This document shows positions 47,815 through 57,968 of a stretch of DNA of 64,000 bases, piece by piece. Below the pieces are notes generated by a model. That model saw nothing but the letters and a program-made list of their open reading frames with translations. It was not told the origin of the DNA and made no database searches. The stretch is from Escherichia phage JS98. Location of the stretch: the sequence record NC_010105.1. One strand, written 5' to 3'. The stretch's first letter is position 1; each line of letters begins with the position of its first letter. Made by a program: the position numbers and the translations under genes.

Positions 47815-49311
47815 ATGCAAATTCAAGTACATTTTGATAATTTTAGTCATGTCCGTATCGAGTGTGATGAATCTACATTCTACGAACTCAGAGACTATTT
47901 TAGCTTTGAAGCTGATGGGTATAAATTCAACCCTAAATTTCGTTATGGGCAATGGGATGGACGTATTCGTCTTCTGGATTATAACCGTAAACTGCCTTAT
48001 GGACTTGTTCCTCAAATTAAAAAGTTCGCTGAACAATTTGAATATTCTCTGTGGATTGACCCACGTATTCTTGAACAGGAAGATATTTCTCGTGAAGATT
48101 TTGACTCATGGGTAGCTTCTCAAGAAATTTATTCAGGGTCTACCAAGATTGAGCCTCATTGGTATCAGAATGAAGCCGTATACAACGGCCTGACAAAACG
48201 TCGCGCAATTCTGAATTTACCTACATCCGCAGGTAAATCATTAATCCAGGCACTCCTGAGTCGATATTACGTTGAGAACTATGAAGGTAAAATCCTTATC
48301 TTAGTTCCTACTACTGCACTTGTCGACCAGATGATTAATGACTTCATTGATTATCGTTTGTTCCCTAAAGATGCTATGCTTGGTATTCGTTCAGGTACTG
48401 CTCGTGATTCCGATGCAATGATTTATGTTTCAACTTATCAAACGGCTATTAAACAACCTAAAGAATGGTTTGCTCAGTTTGGTATGTTTATGAACGACGA
48501 ATGCCATTTGGCAACAGGTAAATCAATTTCTACTATCATCGAAGGCCTAACCAATTGTATGTTTAAATTCGGTTTGTCTGGTTCTTTAAAAGATGGTAAA
48601 GCCAATTTAATGCAATATATGGGTTTATTTGGTGATGTGTTTAAGCCAGTATCCACTTCGCAGTTAATGGAAGAAGGACAGGTTACAGACCTTAAAATCA
48701 ACAGTATTTTCCTTCGGTACCCAGACGAATTCACTGTTAAGATGAAAGGTAAAGATTACCAATCAGAAATAAAGGTCATTACTAAGGCTACTCGTCGTAA
48801 TAAATGGGTTGCTAATTTAGCTGTTAAACTCGCTAAGAAAGAAGAGAACGTATTCCTGATGTTTAAAAACATCGAGCACGGTAAAACTCTTTTTGAAATG
48901 GTTAAAGAGCAACATAAAGAAGTTTATTACGTATCAGGTGAAGTTAATACCGAAACGCGTAATGCTCTGAAAGTAATGGCGGAAAATGGTAAGGGTATTA
49001 TTGTTGTGGCAAGTTATGGTGTGTTCTCTACTGGTATTTCCGTTAAGAACCTTCACCATGTTGTATTTGCTCATCCGGTAAAATCCAAAATCATTGTACT
49101 CCAGACAATCGGTCGTGTACTCCGTAAACATGCTTCTAAATCAACAGCACAAGTTTGGGACATTATAGACGACATGGGCGTTAAGCCTAAATCAGCAAAT
49201 GCTAAAAAGAAATATGTTCATTTGAATTATGCATTAAAACATGCCTTAGAACGTATTCAACGTTATGCTGACGAGAAATTTAATTACGTAATGAAACAGG
49301 TGGATTTATGA
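47815..49311 (+). CDS. uvsW: UvsW DNA/RNA helicase
   Basis: SF2 helicase motifs PTSAGKS (Walker A) and NDECH (DExH). Synteny. Late promoter at 47779-47786. Confidence 0.92.
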   Translation: MQIQVHFDNFSHVRIECDESTFYELRDYFSFEADGYKFNPKFRYGQWDGRIRLLDYNRKLPYGLVPQIKKFAEQFEYSLWIDPRILEQEDISREDFDSWVASQEIYSGSTKIEPHWYQNEAVYNGLTKRRAILNLPTSAGKSLIQALLSRYYVENYEGKILILVPTTALVDQMINDFIDYRLFPKDAMLGIRSGTARDSDAMIYVSTYQTAIKQPKEWFAQFGMFMNDECHLATGKSISTIIEGLTNCMFKFGLSGSLKDGKANLMQYMGLFGDVFKPVSTSQLMEEGQVTDLKINSIFLRYPDEFTVKMKGKDYQSEIKVITKATRRNKWVANLAVKLAKKEENVFLMFKNIEHGKTLFEMVKEQHKEVYYVSGEVNTETRNALKVMAENGKGIIVVASYGVFSTGISVKNLHHVVFAHPVKSKIIVLQTIGRVLRKHASKSTAQVWDIIDDMGVKPKSANAKKKYVHLNYALKHALERIQRYADEKFNYVMKQVDL

Positions 49312-49535
49312 AGTCCTTTAAAGAAGTTATCTATGAAGCCTCTATCGAGAGCTTCATGTCTAAAATTAGTTCCTGTCAGACCATGGAAGGTCTGGAGGAA
49401 TTAGAGAAGTATTACAAAACTCGTAGTAAGGAAGCCGAACTTCGTGATTCGGATGATATCAGCGTACGCGATGCATTGGCTGGTAAGAGAGCCGAATTGG
49501 AGTCGATGGACGACGAGGAAGAGGAAGATTTCTAA
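49308..49535 (+). CDS. uvsW.1: UvsW.1-like small acidic protein
   Basis: ATGA-coupled to uvsW. 75 aa. Ends DDEEEEDF. Confidence 0.7.
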   Translation: MKSFKEVIYEASIESFMSKISSCQTMEGLEELEKYYKTRSKEAELRDSDDISVRDALAGKRAELESMDDEEEEDF

Positions 49536-49542
49536 ACAAAAA

Positions 49543-49565
49543 GGGCCCAACCTTTCGGAAGGGCC
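49543..49565. terminator. terminator hairpin (repeat cassette copy 3) between uvsW.1 and the uvsY-side genes
   Basis: GGGCCCAACCTTTCGGAAGGGCC, with CTTTTTG on the minus strand. Same hairpin as at 5381 and 6014. Confidence 0.6.
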
Positions 49566-49595
49566 AATAACCATAAAATGGCTATACACACTAGA

Positions 49596-49763
49596 CTAAA
49601 GTAATAATTGTGTTTCGTTCAGCTGTTCTTCAGTGTTTTCCGTAACAGGCATGCTTTGAACGTAATTATAACATGAACCCGGATGAACCGGACCTTTTTC
49701 TGTTTCAACAACCAATGCAGCATCGATTGGAGTTTTACAGACAACGCAAATCTTATCTGACAT
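49596..49763 (-). CDS. small Cys-containing protein (55 aa), uvsY.-2 position
   Basis: Manual ORF below the track cutoff: MSDKICVVCKTPIDAALVVETEKGPVHPGSCYNY.... CxxC plus HxxxC suggests zinc binding. A terminator lies downstream. Confidence 0.45.
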   Translation of the reverse strand: MSDKICVVCKTPIDAALVVETEKGPVHPGSCYNYVQSMPVTENTEEQLNETQLLL

Positions 49764-49791
49764 GATTGTCTCCTTAGTTTAACTTACATAT

Positions 49792-49890
49792 CTATTTATT
49801 ACTTGCTAAAGCGGCATTAATGAATTCTTGGAGAAGTTTCATCTTATTGGCATCTACTTTAATGGGTTTGGTATTTTTAGTACGTCTCAT
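49792..49890 (-). CDS. possible 32-aa basic micro-ORF, uvsY.-1 position
   Basis: MRRTKNTKPIKVDANKMKLLQEFINAALASNK. The ATG overlaps the uvsY stop (TAATG). Confidence 0.3.
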   Translation of the reverse strand: MRRTKNTKPIKVDANKMKLLQEFINAALASNK

Positions 49891-50324
49891 TATTTGCCAG
49901 CCTCAAATTGTCTCATTTCATGCATGGTCTTAAGGTTAAAACCTCGCGCCTTAATAGCATCCAGTGCCGAACTACAAAAGTCCTGTAATAAAGCCCAATA
50001 CTGGATTGATGTATCTATTTTAATCACGCTAGAATCTGCGGCCATTACAGTCTTTAATTCTGACTTCTCGTATTGGTCCATACAAACCTCATCACCAGGC
50101 TCTCCACGTCCCGTGTAGAAATCTAATCGCTTCTTAAGAGAGGTCTTTTTCTGGATTTCTAATCGCATTATCTCTTTCTTACAATTCGTATACAGCCTTA
50201 GCCATTTGCTGTGCAGCAAAACGTTATTCTGTACTTCATACTGTAAACGAGTCCCATCAATCTTTAAATCTTCATCCAAAGCATCTTGGAATGATTCCAA
50301 TTTATATTCAATCTCTTTACTCAT
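49890..50324 (-). CDS. uvsY: UvsY recombination mediator
   Basis: KIDGTRLQYEVQNNVLLHSKWLRLY...DRYEKSE.KTV...QYW.LL.DFCS.ALDAIK.RGF matches T4 UvsY. Start set to ATG 50324 (AGGAAA SD). Confidence 0.93.
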   Translation of the reverse strand: MSKEIEYKLESFQDALDEDLKIDGTRLQYEVQNNVLLHSKWLRLYTNCKKEIMRLEIQKKTSLKKRLDFYTGRGEPGDEVCMDQYEKSELKTVMAADSSVIKIDTSIQYWALLQDFCSSALDAIKARGFNLKTMHEMRQFEAGK

Positions 50325-50355
50325 CGCATGTTTCCTGTGTAATAACCATAGGACC

Positions 50356-50381
50356 ATTATACACTATTCATTTGAACAGCA
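50356..50381 (-). promoter_or_regulatory. MotA-box-like middle promoter for uvsY
   Basis: Minus strand TGCTGTT-13 nt-TATAAT, followed by GGTCCTATGG. T4 PuvsY is a classic middle promoter. Confidence 0.55.
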
Positions 50382-50382
50382 A

Positions 50383-50772
50383 TTAACCACTCTGTGAGAG
50401 CTGGATTCTAATTTGCTCTAATGTATCCGGGTCATCAACAATACTAAACTGGACGGTTACTATAATAGAGTTGTCATCATAAACAGGGGTAACGCCTACG
50501 GCAAGGGCAGAAATTCTAGGTTCGAAGTTCCGCACAGCGGAAACTATATTACGCTTAATGGTATCCGTAATTAATGGGGTGATATTCTCAAATAGTTGAT
50601 TACTGATATCACAACCAAATTCAGGCATAAAAGGGCGAGAACCTTTACGAGTAGTAATAATGCCTAACAAACTATTTTTTACTGCACGGGCCCCTGTAGC
50701 TTTAGCGACGTCTCTATTCCAAGACGTCCTCATTTCAGGGTCTAAATCTGAATACATTTTATCGATATTCAT
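50383..50772 (-). CDS. 25: gp25 baseplate wedge (LysM/gpW-like)
   Basis: Synteny and size (129 aa). Confidence 0.88.
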   Translation of the reverse strand: MNIDKMYSDLDPEMRTSWNRDVAKATGARAVKNSLLGIITTRKGSRPFMPEFGCDISNQLFENITPLITDTIKRNIVSAVRNFEPRISALAVGVTPVYDDNSIIVTVQFSIVDDPDTLEQIRIQLSQSG

Positions 50773-51395
50773 TACATCACCTTAAAGAACTCTTTAAGTC
50801 CCTCAATAACGTGGACGGTATGCTCACCACATTCACAAGAAATAGGTATGGCCAAAATAGGCTTAGGGGCGACTAGAGCATCATAAATTTCTTTTACATC
50901 TTTTTCTGTTATCACAGAATAAAGGTCGTCTAGTTCCGCATCACTTAAATCAGAAAGAAGAAGCTTTTCGCCTGCAGAAGTTAAAATATAATCGATACAT
51001 CCTGCAACCATCATAGCCCTATTTTTGTCTTCAAAGAGCTTAGGATATCTGAACACTATTTTAAAGTTGCCGAAGTCCTTAATAATATCAGGCTCTTTAC
51101 CTAATGTAGCGCGAGTTAACGTCATAGGGACAATCTGTGAGCGACCACAACTACAAACCCACTCACGTTCTATATTCACTTCAGCTAGTGAATGGGCCCA
51201 CAGGTTTATCACCAGGAGCTCAGATTCTTGCTTGTTTAAACCACGAGCATCTGTGCAATTCAAAATGAGTTCATTGATAAAGGGCTCTATTCTGTCTTCT
51301 AATTTAGCTTGGAGCAAGTCCTTATACTCTCTGAGGGTAAATGCTCTGCATTTTATGGTCTTGTTTTTAATTTTTACGTCAAAAGTATAATTCAT
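50772..51395 (-). CDS. 26: gp26 baseplate hub subunit
   Basis: Synteny and size (207 aa). Late promoter at 51414-51421. Confidence 0.85.
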   Translation of the reverse strand: MNYTFDVKIKNKTIKCRAFTLREYKDLLQAKLEDRIEPFINELILNCTDARGLNKQESELLVINLWAHSLAEVNIEREWVCSCGRSQIVPMTLTRATLGKEPDIIKDFGNFKIVFRYPKLFEDKNRAMMVAGCIDYILTSAGEKLLLSDLSDAELDDLYSVITEKDVKEIYDALVAPKPILAIPISCECGEHTVHVIEGLKEFFKVM

Positions 51396-51413
51396 TGTCT
51401 TCTCCTTTAAGCT

Positions 51414-51421
51414 TATTTATA
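51414..51421 (-). promoter_or_regulatory. late promoter TATAAATA (26-25)
   Basis: Minus-strand octamer within the palindrome TATTTATAAATA. Confidence 0.7.
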
Positions 51422-51425
51422 AATA
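51418..51425 (+). promoter_or_regulatory. late promoter TATAAATA (gene 51)
   Basis: Plus-strand octamer, overlapping the minus-strand one by 4 nt. Confidence 0.7.
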
Positions 51426-51445
51426 CATCAATAAGAGGATACCCT

Positions 51446-52198
51446 ATGGCTAATATAGTACGTTGCGAAATGCCTGATGGAGTCCACCGATTTAAACCTT
51501 TTACAGTAGCTGATTATCGTGATTTTATTTTGATTCGAAATGATATGAATAATAAATCACCTGAAGAGCAAAAACAAATTTTAGATGAGTTACTGGAAGA
51601 ATACTTTGGTGAGTACCCTGTGTCATGGCGCCCATACATGTTTATTGAATTGTATACGTCATCTCTCGGCAAGACCAAAATTCCTATCCGATACACTTGC
51701 AGTAAGTGTGAAAAGGATAAACAAGTCTTATTCAATTTGAAGCAGGCCAAGTTAGATAACCCTACAATTGAAGTGGCTGGCTTGAAACTAACATTCAAAT
51801 TTCCGGAAATAGAATATCACGACAAATCTGAATTGATTTTGAACACCCTCCAAACAGTAGAAGATGAAAATGGGACCTATAATTGGACTGACCTTTCTGA
51901 AGAAGACCAGTTAGCCGTAATAGATGCTATAGACTTATCTACTTTAGAGGATATAGTCAAACAAACAAGCCCTATTCATTTCGAGCTCAAATACGGGTGC
52001 TGTAATCGTAGAACAATTACATACACTGACATTTTAGAAGTGTTTAAACTTATAGTCAATCCGGATGAGATATTTTTATTTTACCAAATAAACCATTTAC
52101 TGGTAAAGAACAATTATTCATTAGAAAGCATTATGCAGATGATTCCAATTGAACGCGGCATTGCTTTGTCTTTGGTTGAAAAGGACCTTAAGAAATGA
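51446..52198 (+). CDS. 51: gp51 baseplate hub assembly catalyst
   Basis: Divergent from 26. Start set to ATG 51446 (AAGAGGA SD), downstream of TATAAATA at 51418-51425. Confidence 0.8.
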   Translation: MANIVRCEMPDGVHRFKPFTVADYRDFILIRNDMNNKSPEEQKQILDELLEEYFGEYPVSWRPYMFIELYTSSLGKTKIPIRYTCSKCEKDKQVLFNLKQAKLDNPTIEVAGLKLTFKFPEIEYHDKSELILNTLQTVEDENGTYNWTDLSEEDQLAVIDAIDLSTLEDIVKQTSPIHFELKYGCCNRRTITYTDILEVFKLIVNPDEIFLFYQINHLLVKNNYSLESIMQMIPIERGIALSLVEKDLKK

Positions 52199-53364
52199 GT
52201 TCAAAAACTATGCAGCGTGAAGGCTTTCCTAATATTAGTATACGCCTTTACGAAGATTATGACGCCTGGTTAGAGCATCGTTTTGTTGAACTAGGCGCGA
52301 CATTTACTACCCTAACAATGCGAGATGGTCTTTATGGTAATAATGAAGGATTGCTCCAGTTTTATGATGCAAAAAACCTTCATACTAAAATGGATGGTGA
52401 ACAAATTATCCAAGTTTCTGTTAAGAATGCCAACTCGGAACGTACCCAATCAAGAATTTACGGAAGTAAACACTTTGCAGTAGGGGTGGATTCTAAGGGC
52501 GACAATATCATAACAATACAACTCGCCCCTATCCACTTTTTAGAAAATCTTAAATTCGGACGTATGTTCTTCCCTAGTGTTCAAGAAACATTAACCGAAA
52601 TGATTGGGGTTATTTATCAAGACCGACCACTCCTTGCACCTCCATTGAACGGGATAAACGTTTATGTTCCTAATGTTCCTTGGTGTGATTCTATGGACAG
52701 ATATATGGAATTTGTGCGAGAAGTAGGTATGGCTGTTGAATCCGATAAATTTGTATTTGTCTGGGAAGATATAGATGGTATTTCTATCATGGACTACGAA
52801 TTTATGGTTAATCAAGAGCCTATCAATTTTGTGGTTGGCGAGCCTCGTTTAATAGGCCAATACGTTCAAGATATGGATACTCCTATTGCATTTGATTTTG
52901 AGTGGTTAACTAAAGCCAACCAACATACCCGAAAACCGTACGAAAATGCTACAGTATATGCCCATTCGTTCCTAGATAAAAACGCCACACGAATTACTTT
53001 TGGTGATGGGCAAAACAGTATATTGGTTTCTCGTTCAGGTGGATATTCTGATTATACCTACCGAAACGGGTTTGAAGAAGCTGATAGATTGGTTACTATG
53101 GCCCAGTATGATGGGTACGCTCATTGCAAGGTATATGGGAACTTTGAATTAACTCCGGGTGATAAGATTAATTTCTACGACCCTAAAAACCAGTTCCAAT
53201 ACGATTTTTATGTAGACGAAGTTATTCATGAAGTGAGTAACAATACATCAATTACAAACCTTTATATGTTTACTAATGGTAAGCCTATTAAGATTGAAGA
53301 GCCACCGAAGGTTAAAAATGAACTTAAAACTGATACTCCCGATCAAGAAAATAACGCTGGGTGA
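52195..53364 (+). CDS. 27: gp27 baseplate hub subunit
   Basis: Synteny and size (389 aa). Confidence 0.88.
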   Translation: MSSKTMQREGFPNISIRLYEDYDAWLEHRFVELGATFTTLTMRDGLYGNNEGLLQFYDAKNLHTKMDGEQIIQVSVKNANSERTQSRIYGSKHFAVGVDSKGDNIITIQLAPIHFLENLKFGRMFFPSVQETLTEMIGVIYQDRPLLAPPLNGINVYVPNVPWCDSMDRYMEFVREVGMAVESDKFVFVWEDIDGISIMDYEFMVNQEPINFVVGEPRLIGQYVQDMDTPIAFDFEWLTKANQHTRKPYENATVYAHSFLDKNATRITFGDGQNSILVSRSGGYSDYTYRNGFEEADRLVTMAQYDGYAHCKVYGNFELTPGDKINFYDPKNQFQYDFYVDEVIHEVSNNTSITNLYMFTNGKPIKIEEPPKVKNELKTDTPDQENNAG

Positions 53365-53839
53365 TAAAGAGATTTCCATTCCTAAATTGGGTCTTAAACA
53401 CCAAAAATTGGTTAAAGATGAAAAAGACCCTTATAAAGCTCTTCATATATTAATGAGTTCCATTTATAAGGGTTTAACTGCAGCCGAAACCGATTTCGCT
53501 GCTCTTCATCTTTTAGAATTCAACGGACGGCTAAAAGAAAAGGTAACTAAGGATGGGTTTACGTATAACCTAAATGACCTTTATATCTGCCAACGTCTTG
53601 AATTCCAATTCCAAGGTAAAACATTTAAATTTAAATCACATGAACCGTTCCAAACATTTGGTCCTGTTGATAGTGTATTACAATCCCTTTACCTTGGGGA
53701 CGATGTACCAGATTTTCTGGATATGCCTGCCTTTGTTGCTACATGGGCCGACGATATAACTTCTACTGTAGCTATCCCTGGTCCTAATGGTCCTATTAAA
53801 GGATTGCTTAAAATCATGGATATCTTAAATGAAGAATGA
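53318..53839 (+). CDS. 28: gp28 baseplate hub distal subunit
   Basis: Synteny. Start set to ATG 53318 (GAAGG SD), overlapping the end of gene 27. Confidence 0.75.
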   Translation: MNLKLILPIKKITLGDKEISIPKLGLKHQKLVKDEKDPYKALHILMSSIYKGLTAAETDFAALHLLEFNGRLKEKVTKDGFTYNLNDLYICQRLEFQFQGKTFKFKSHEPFQTFGPVDSVLQSLYLGDDVPDFLDMPAFVATWADDITSTVAIPGPNGPIKGLLKIMDILNEE

Positions 53840-55565
53840 ATCTAATCAGAATAGTTTTCGTCGCAATAAACTGATTGAAGAAATGGCTCCTCAGCGTCGT
53901 GCTGAGGCGCTAGCCCAAACCCAGAACGACGAATTAGGAAATATAACAGAAGCTTTATCAGAAACCCAGGCGGCGTCTGAATTGCTCTCTGAAGTTGTTG
54001 AAACAAAGTCTAATCAGATTATTAATTCTATAGACCGAGTAGATAAAAGTGTTCAAGATGTTGTCGCCGGAACAGAATTAACGGCTGAAGCTATATCAGA
54101 GCAAACCCAACAATCTAAAGCTCTTTCGGATGCATTAAACGAAAAGATTAATAAGCTTTCTAATATGTTGGAGGCTAAATTCTCTGGTATTTCTATTCCG
54201 CCGGAAGGGAGCTCGTTAAAGGTTATTGAAGACTCTATTCCTGAAGAACCTAAGGCTGAAACTCCTAAAGTTCCTGCTGTTATTGAAGATATTCTTCCGC
54301 CTGAAGATAATAAACCTGACGCTGAATTTGTACCAGAGCCTCCTAAAAATTCGGATGAAGGTAAAGAAGGTGATAAGTCTTCTCTTTCCGATAAAATCGA
54401 AGCCCTTACAAAAATAACCGAAAAAGGATTTAAAGCTTCTATAGGCGTCGCTGATAGAATTTCAGGTATGCTTTTTAAGTATACTATTACTGCCGCCGCT
54501 GAAGCTGCTAAACTCGCCGCAGGCCTAGCCCTTTTAATATTTGGTATAGATGCTATTCGTGTATACTTCCAATATTTCATGGACCAATTTAATGAAGGAT
54601 GGAAAAAATTTAACGATAAGTTTAAAGAGTGGGGACCCGTACTTGAAGGCTTAATGACCTGGGCCAAGAATGCTGAAGCTATGTTTAGCGAAAGAAATTG
54701 GCTAGGTCTGGCTGAAGCTATTATTCGCGGTATGGTTAATCTTACCAAAAATATGGCACAACTGTTAATGCTCGGTATTTCTAAATTGATTTCTGCTATT
54801 TTAAGTAAAATACCGGGTATGGGTGATTTGGCTGAAAACGTAGAGGCATCCGCTTTAATGTCGTATCAACAAAATACCGGAGCCACTTTAGATGACGAAG
54901 ACCAAACTAAAGTAGCCAAGTACCATGATAGACGTTCAGCTGAGGCTTTAGAAACAGCCGAGAAAATGAATAAGAAGTATAAGGGTAAACCTGAGCTTAT
55001 AAACCAGGCAGAGAAATACGGTAACCTTACTAAAGAACAAGCCGACCAATTACGCGCTGGTGGAATTGACACAAGCTTCCGTGACCTCCCTGAAGAAGAA
55101 CGTTTAGAGTATTTTAAGAAACGTGATAAAGCCCAGGCTGATATTATTCGTTTAACTCAAACCGCCGATAATATAATGAAGCCTGATTCTAAAGATATCG
55201 AAAATGCCAAGGCATTTAAAGCGGATATCGAGAAACAATTGGCTGACCCTATTATGGCTAAAGGTGGAGCACCTAAGGACCTTAATATCCAGCAATTACT
55301 TGATAAGATGAATAAATCTTTAGAGAAATTTAATGAAGCTGAAAAGCCTAAACCTGCTTCTGTAGCGGAATCTCCTGAAAATACTCAGGTTAAAAAGGTT
55401 GACGAGCAAATGAGAGCAAAGGAAAATGCTAAATATAGTCAGCAAGCTCCAACTCAAATAAATCAGCAAACGAATATCAAGAAAACGAGTAAGACTAGTT
55501 ATAATTTACCACCACAGTCTTCCACTCCTGCTCCTGGTATGCGTCAAGCTACTAAAGTTAATTAG
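53829..55565 (+). CDS. 29: gp29 baseplate hub / tail length tape-measure
   Basis: Synteny and size (578 aa). Extended helical low-complexity sequence. Confidence 0.88.
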   Translation: MKNESNQNSFRRNKLIEEMAPQRRAEALAQTQNDELGNITEALSETQAASELLSEVVETKSNQIINSIDRVDKSVQDVVAGTELTAEAISEQTQQSKALSDALNEKINKLSNMLEAKFSGISIPPEGSSLKVIEDSIPEEPKAETPKVPAVIEDILPPEDNKPDAEFVPEPPKNSDEGKEGDKSSLSDKIEALTKITEKGFKASIGVADRISGMLFKYTITAAAEAAKLAAGLALLIFGIDAIRVYFQYFMDQFNEGWKKFNDKFKEWGPVLEGLMTWAKNAEAMFSERNWLGLAEAIIRGMVNLTKNMAQLLMLGISKLISAILSKIPGMGDLAENVEASALMSYQQNTGATLDDEDQTKVAKYHDRRSAEALETAEKMNKKYKGKPELINQAEKYGNLTKEQADQLRAGGIDTSFRDLPEEERLEYFKKRDKAQADIIRLTQTADNIMKPDSKDIENAKAFKADIEKQLADPIMAKGGAPKDLNIQQLLDKMNKSLEKFNEAEKPKPASVAESPENTQVKKVDEQMRAKENAKYSQQAPTQINQQTNIKKTSKTSYNLPPQSSTPAPGMRQATKVN

Positions 55566-55567
55566 GA

Positions 55568-56662
55568 ATGATAATGAAAGTAAAAGAAATTGACATTGAC
55601 GTAGCCTCCTTATTTAAAGGAGGTTCAAAAACCTCCGCGGGCCAATCTAAAGCTAAACCGGCCCAAACTACGGTAACTGCCCAGTATCCGGCCGAAAGGG
55701 CCTCCGGCAATGATACCTCTACAGATATGGTGTTAAACGATTTATATAAAAATGGATTACTTTTTACGGCATATAATTTTAGCTCTCGCGTATCACCTGA
55801 TTTACGTAACGACCGCTCAAGCCAAATGACCAAAAAGTTTTCAAAAGCTGCAGGTAAACTTACCAGTAATACTGGAGGGTTCAGTGCTGTTAAAAACCTG
55901 TTTAGTAACAACTCTAAAGGAGTTAAATTTGATAGCCAGGCTTTAGCCAATATTTTGCTCCCTCGTTCTAAATCTGATGTTGATTCGGTTACGCATAAAT
56001 TTAATGATGTAGGCGAATCATTAATTACTAAAGGTGGTGGTACTGCTACGGGTATTTTGAGTAACGTTGCCAGTACTGCTGTATTTGGTGCATTGGAATC
56101 TGTAACTAACGGTGTAATGGCCGATTCCGGTGAGCAAATATACACAACCGCACGTAGTATGTATGCAGGACCAGATAACCGTACTAAGGTATTCACTTGG
56201 GAAATGACCCCTAGAAACGCCCAAGACCTTATTCAGATTATTAAAATATACGAAATCTTTAATTACTATTCTTATGGTGAAACAGGCAACTCTGCCTTTG
56301 CCGGTGAATTAAAAGAGAAGATTGATACTTGGTACCGTTCCACATTTAAAAAAGAAGCTATTGATAACTTTGACGGCAAGCTATTAGGAGAAGGTATCAC
56401 AAGTTTCCTTTCTAATGTTATTGTGGTAAGTAACCCAACTATTTGGTATATTCGAAACTTTGGTAATACAAGTTCATATGACGGACGTGAAGATATTTTC
56501 GGACCGTGCCAAATCCAAAGTATACGATTTGATAAAACTCCCGACGGACATTTTAATGGTTTGGCTATTGCTCCTAACTTACCATCCACGTTTAGTTTAG
56601 AAGTTACTTTCCGTGAAATCATTACTTTGAACCGTGGCTCACTTTATACGGAAGGATTCTAA
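55568..56662 (+). CDS. 48: gp48 baseplate-tail tube junction protein
   Basis: Synteny and size (364 aa). Confidence 0.88.
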   Translation: MIMKVKEIDIDVASLFKGGSKTSAGQSKAKPAQTTVTAQYPAERASGNDTSTDMVLNDLYKNGLLFTAYNFSSRVSPDLRNDRSSQMTKKFSKAAGKLTSNTGGFSAVKNLFSNNSKGVKFDSQALANILLPRSKSDVDSVTHKFNDVGESLITKGGGTATGILSNVASTAVFGALESVTNGVMADSGEQIYTTARSMYAGPDNRTKVFTWEMTPRNAQDLIQIIKIYEIFNYYSYGETGNSAFAGELKEKIDTWYRSTFKKEAIDNFDGKLLGEGITSFLSNVIVVSNPTIWYIRNFGNTSSYDGREDIFGPCQIQSIRFDKTPDGHFNGLAIAPNLPSTFSLEVTFREIITLNRGSLYTEGF

Positions 56663-57615
56663 TGTATACTTTACAAGAATTTCAAAACCAGGCAATTAAT
56701 ATTGACCTACAAAGGAATAACCTGTTTAGTGTAGTATTTGCTACAGTTCCTTCTTCTAAATCCCAAGCGCTCCTCGACCAGTTCGGTGGAGCTTTATTTA
56801 ACAATATCCCGTTGAATACCGATTTGTTTGGAATTACCCAAGGAGATTTAACCCAAGGTGTTACGACATTAGTGACAGCGGGCACTCAGAAGTTGATTCG
56901 TAAGTCAGGCATAAGTAAATATCTGATTGGAGCTATGTCATCCAGGGTTGTGCAGAGCTTACTAGGTGAGTTTGAAGTCGGAACTTATCTTATGGATTTT
57001 TTCAATATGGCTTATCCTACGGCGGGTCTTTTAGTCCATGCCGTTAAAATTCCGGATAATACTTTGAACTATGAAATGGATTTGAACCACAACTCGCCTA
57101 ATATCAAAATTACCGGAAGAGAATATTCCCCATTGGTATTAAGCTTCCGTATGGATTCTGAAGCTGCTAACTACCGTGCTTTTAATGATTGGGTCAATAG
57201 TGTCCAAGACCCTATTACACAATTAAGAGCATTGCCTGAAGATGTTGAAGCTGACATCCAAGTCAACCTTCATTCTCGTAATGGATTGCCACATACGGTG
57301 GTAATGCTTAATGGATGTGTTCCTGTTAGTGTTTCATCGCCGGAATTATCCTATGATGGTGATAACCAAATTGCTTCGTTTGATGTTACATTTGCTTATA
57401 GAAGTGTGCAGACAGGTGCAGTTGGTAAACAAGCTGCTTATGAATGGCTGGAAGATAAAGTCCTTAAAGGCGTAGCAGGTATAAGTGAGAGTAACTCATT
57501 AAGTGCTTCTGTAGCTAAATTAAGCCGACTTTCAGGAGCTTCTAGTGGATTGACCGGATTGGTTAATACATTTGGTGGGCGTGCTATTAATAATGGAATA
57601 TCCAGGTTGCTATAA
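56662..57615 (+). CDS. 54: gp54 baseplate-tail tube initiator
   Basis: Synteny and size (317 aa). Confidence 0.88.
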   Translation: MYTLQEFQNQAINIDLQRNNLFSVVFATVPSSKSQALLDQFGGALFNNIPLNTDLFGITQGDLTQGVTTLVTAGTQKLIRKSGISKYLIGAMSSRVVQSLLGEFEVGTYLMDFFNMAYPTAGLLVHAVKIPDNTLNYEMDLNHNSPNIKITGREYSPLVLSFRMDSEAANYRAFNDWVNSVQDPITQLRALPEDVEADIQVNLHSRNGLPHTVVMLNGCVPVSVSSPELSYDGDNQIASFDVTFAYRSVQTGAVGKQAAYEWLEDKVLKGVAGISESNSLSASVAKLSRLSGASSGLTGLVNTFGGRAINNGISRLL

Positions 57616-57619
57616 CAAA

Positions 57620-57643
57620 AAAGGAGAGCGTAAGCTCTCCTTT
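57620..57643. terminator. bidirectional terminator between gene 54 and the minus-strand early gene
   Basis: AAAGGAGAGC-GTAA-GCTCTCCTTT, flanked by A-run and T-run. Confidence 0.75.
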
Positions 57644-57649
57644 AGGGGT

Positions 57650-57940
57650 TTATTTACGGAACGAAATGAAACCTGCTGCTGTCATTAATGGCTGCTTTTT
57701 AACAAAGACCGTAATAGAAATAGGAGCTTCAGATTCAAGCTGGCCGGTTACTACACCATTAAAGATATTTTCAGTTTGTTCGGGTTGTGAAAAATTTTCA
57801 ATTGGACGTAAGTCGAACTGCTTGTCTTCGCCGAAAACTCGACGTAATTCATTACCGACTGCACTGTCGAACTCTTCAGAAGCAGGGATAACGTTTTCAA
57901 CTACCAGTTCTTGACCGTTAAAGCGGAATGCAGATTTCAT
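57650..57940 (-). CDS. hypothetical early protein (96 aa) downstream of alt
   Basis: ORF track. Early promoter 57969-57997 with a conserved leader. Lies at the position of the T4 alt.-x small genes. Confidence 0.6.
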   Translation of the reverse strand: MKSAFRFNGQELVVENVIPASEEFDSAVGNELRRVFGEDKQFDLRPIENFSQPEQTENIFNGVVTGQLESEAPISITVFVKKQPLMTAAGFISFRK

Positions 57941-57968
57941 AATGTTCTCCTCATGTTTGTGTAAGGTA

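Noticed and set aside
50325-50357. Upstream start for uvsY (MVLWLLHRKHA...)
   Set aside because: The extension would lie inside the predicted uvsY promoter -10 region and has no T4 counterpart. The ATG at 50324 has an SD and aligns with T4 UvsY.
54053-56196. 231-aa and 212-aa minus-strand ORFs
   Set aside because: They are antisense to genes 29 and 48. They have no ribosome-binding sites, and their low-complexity translations mirror the sense genes.
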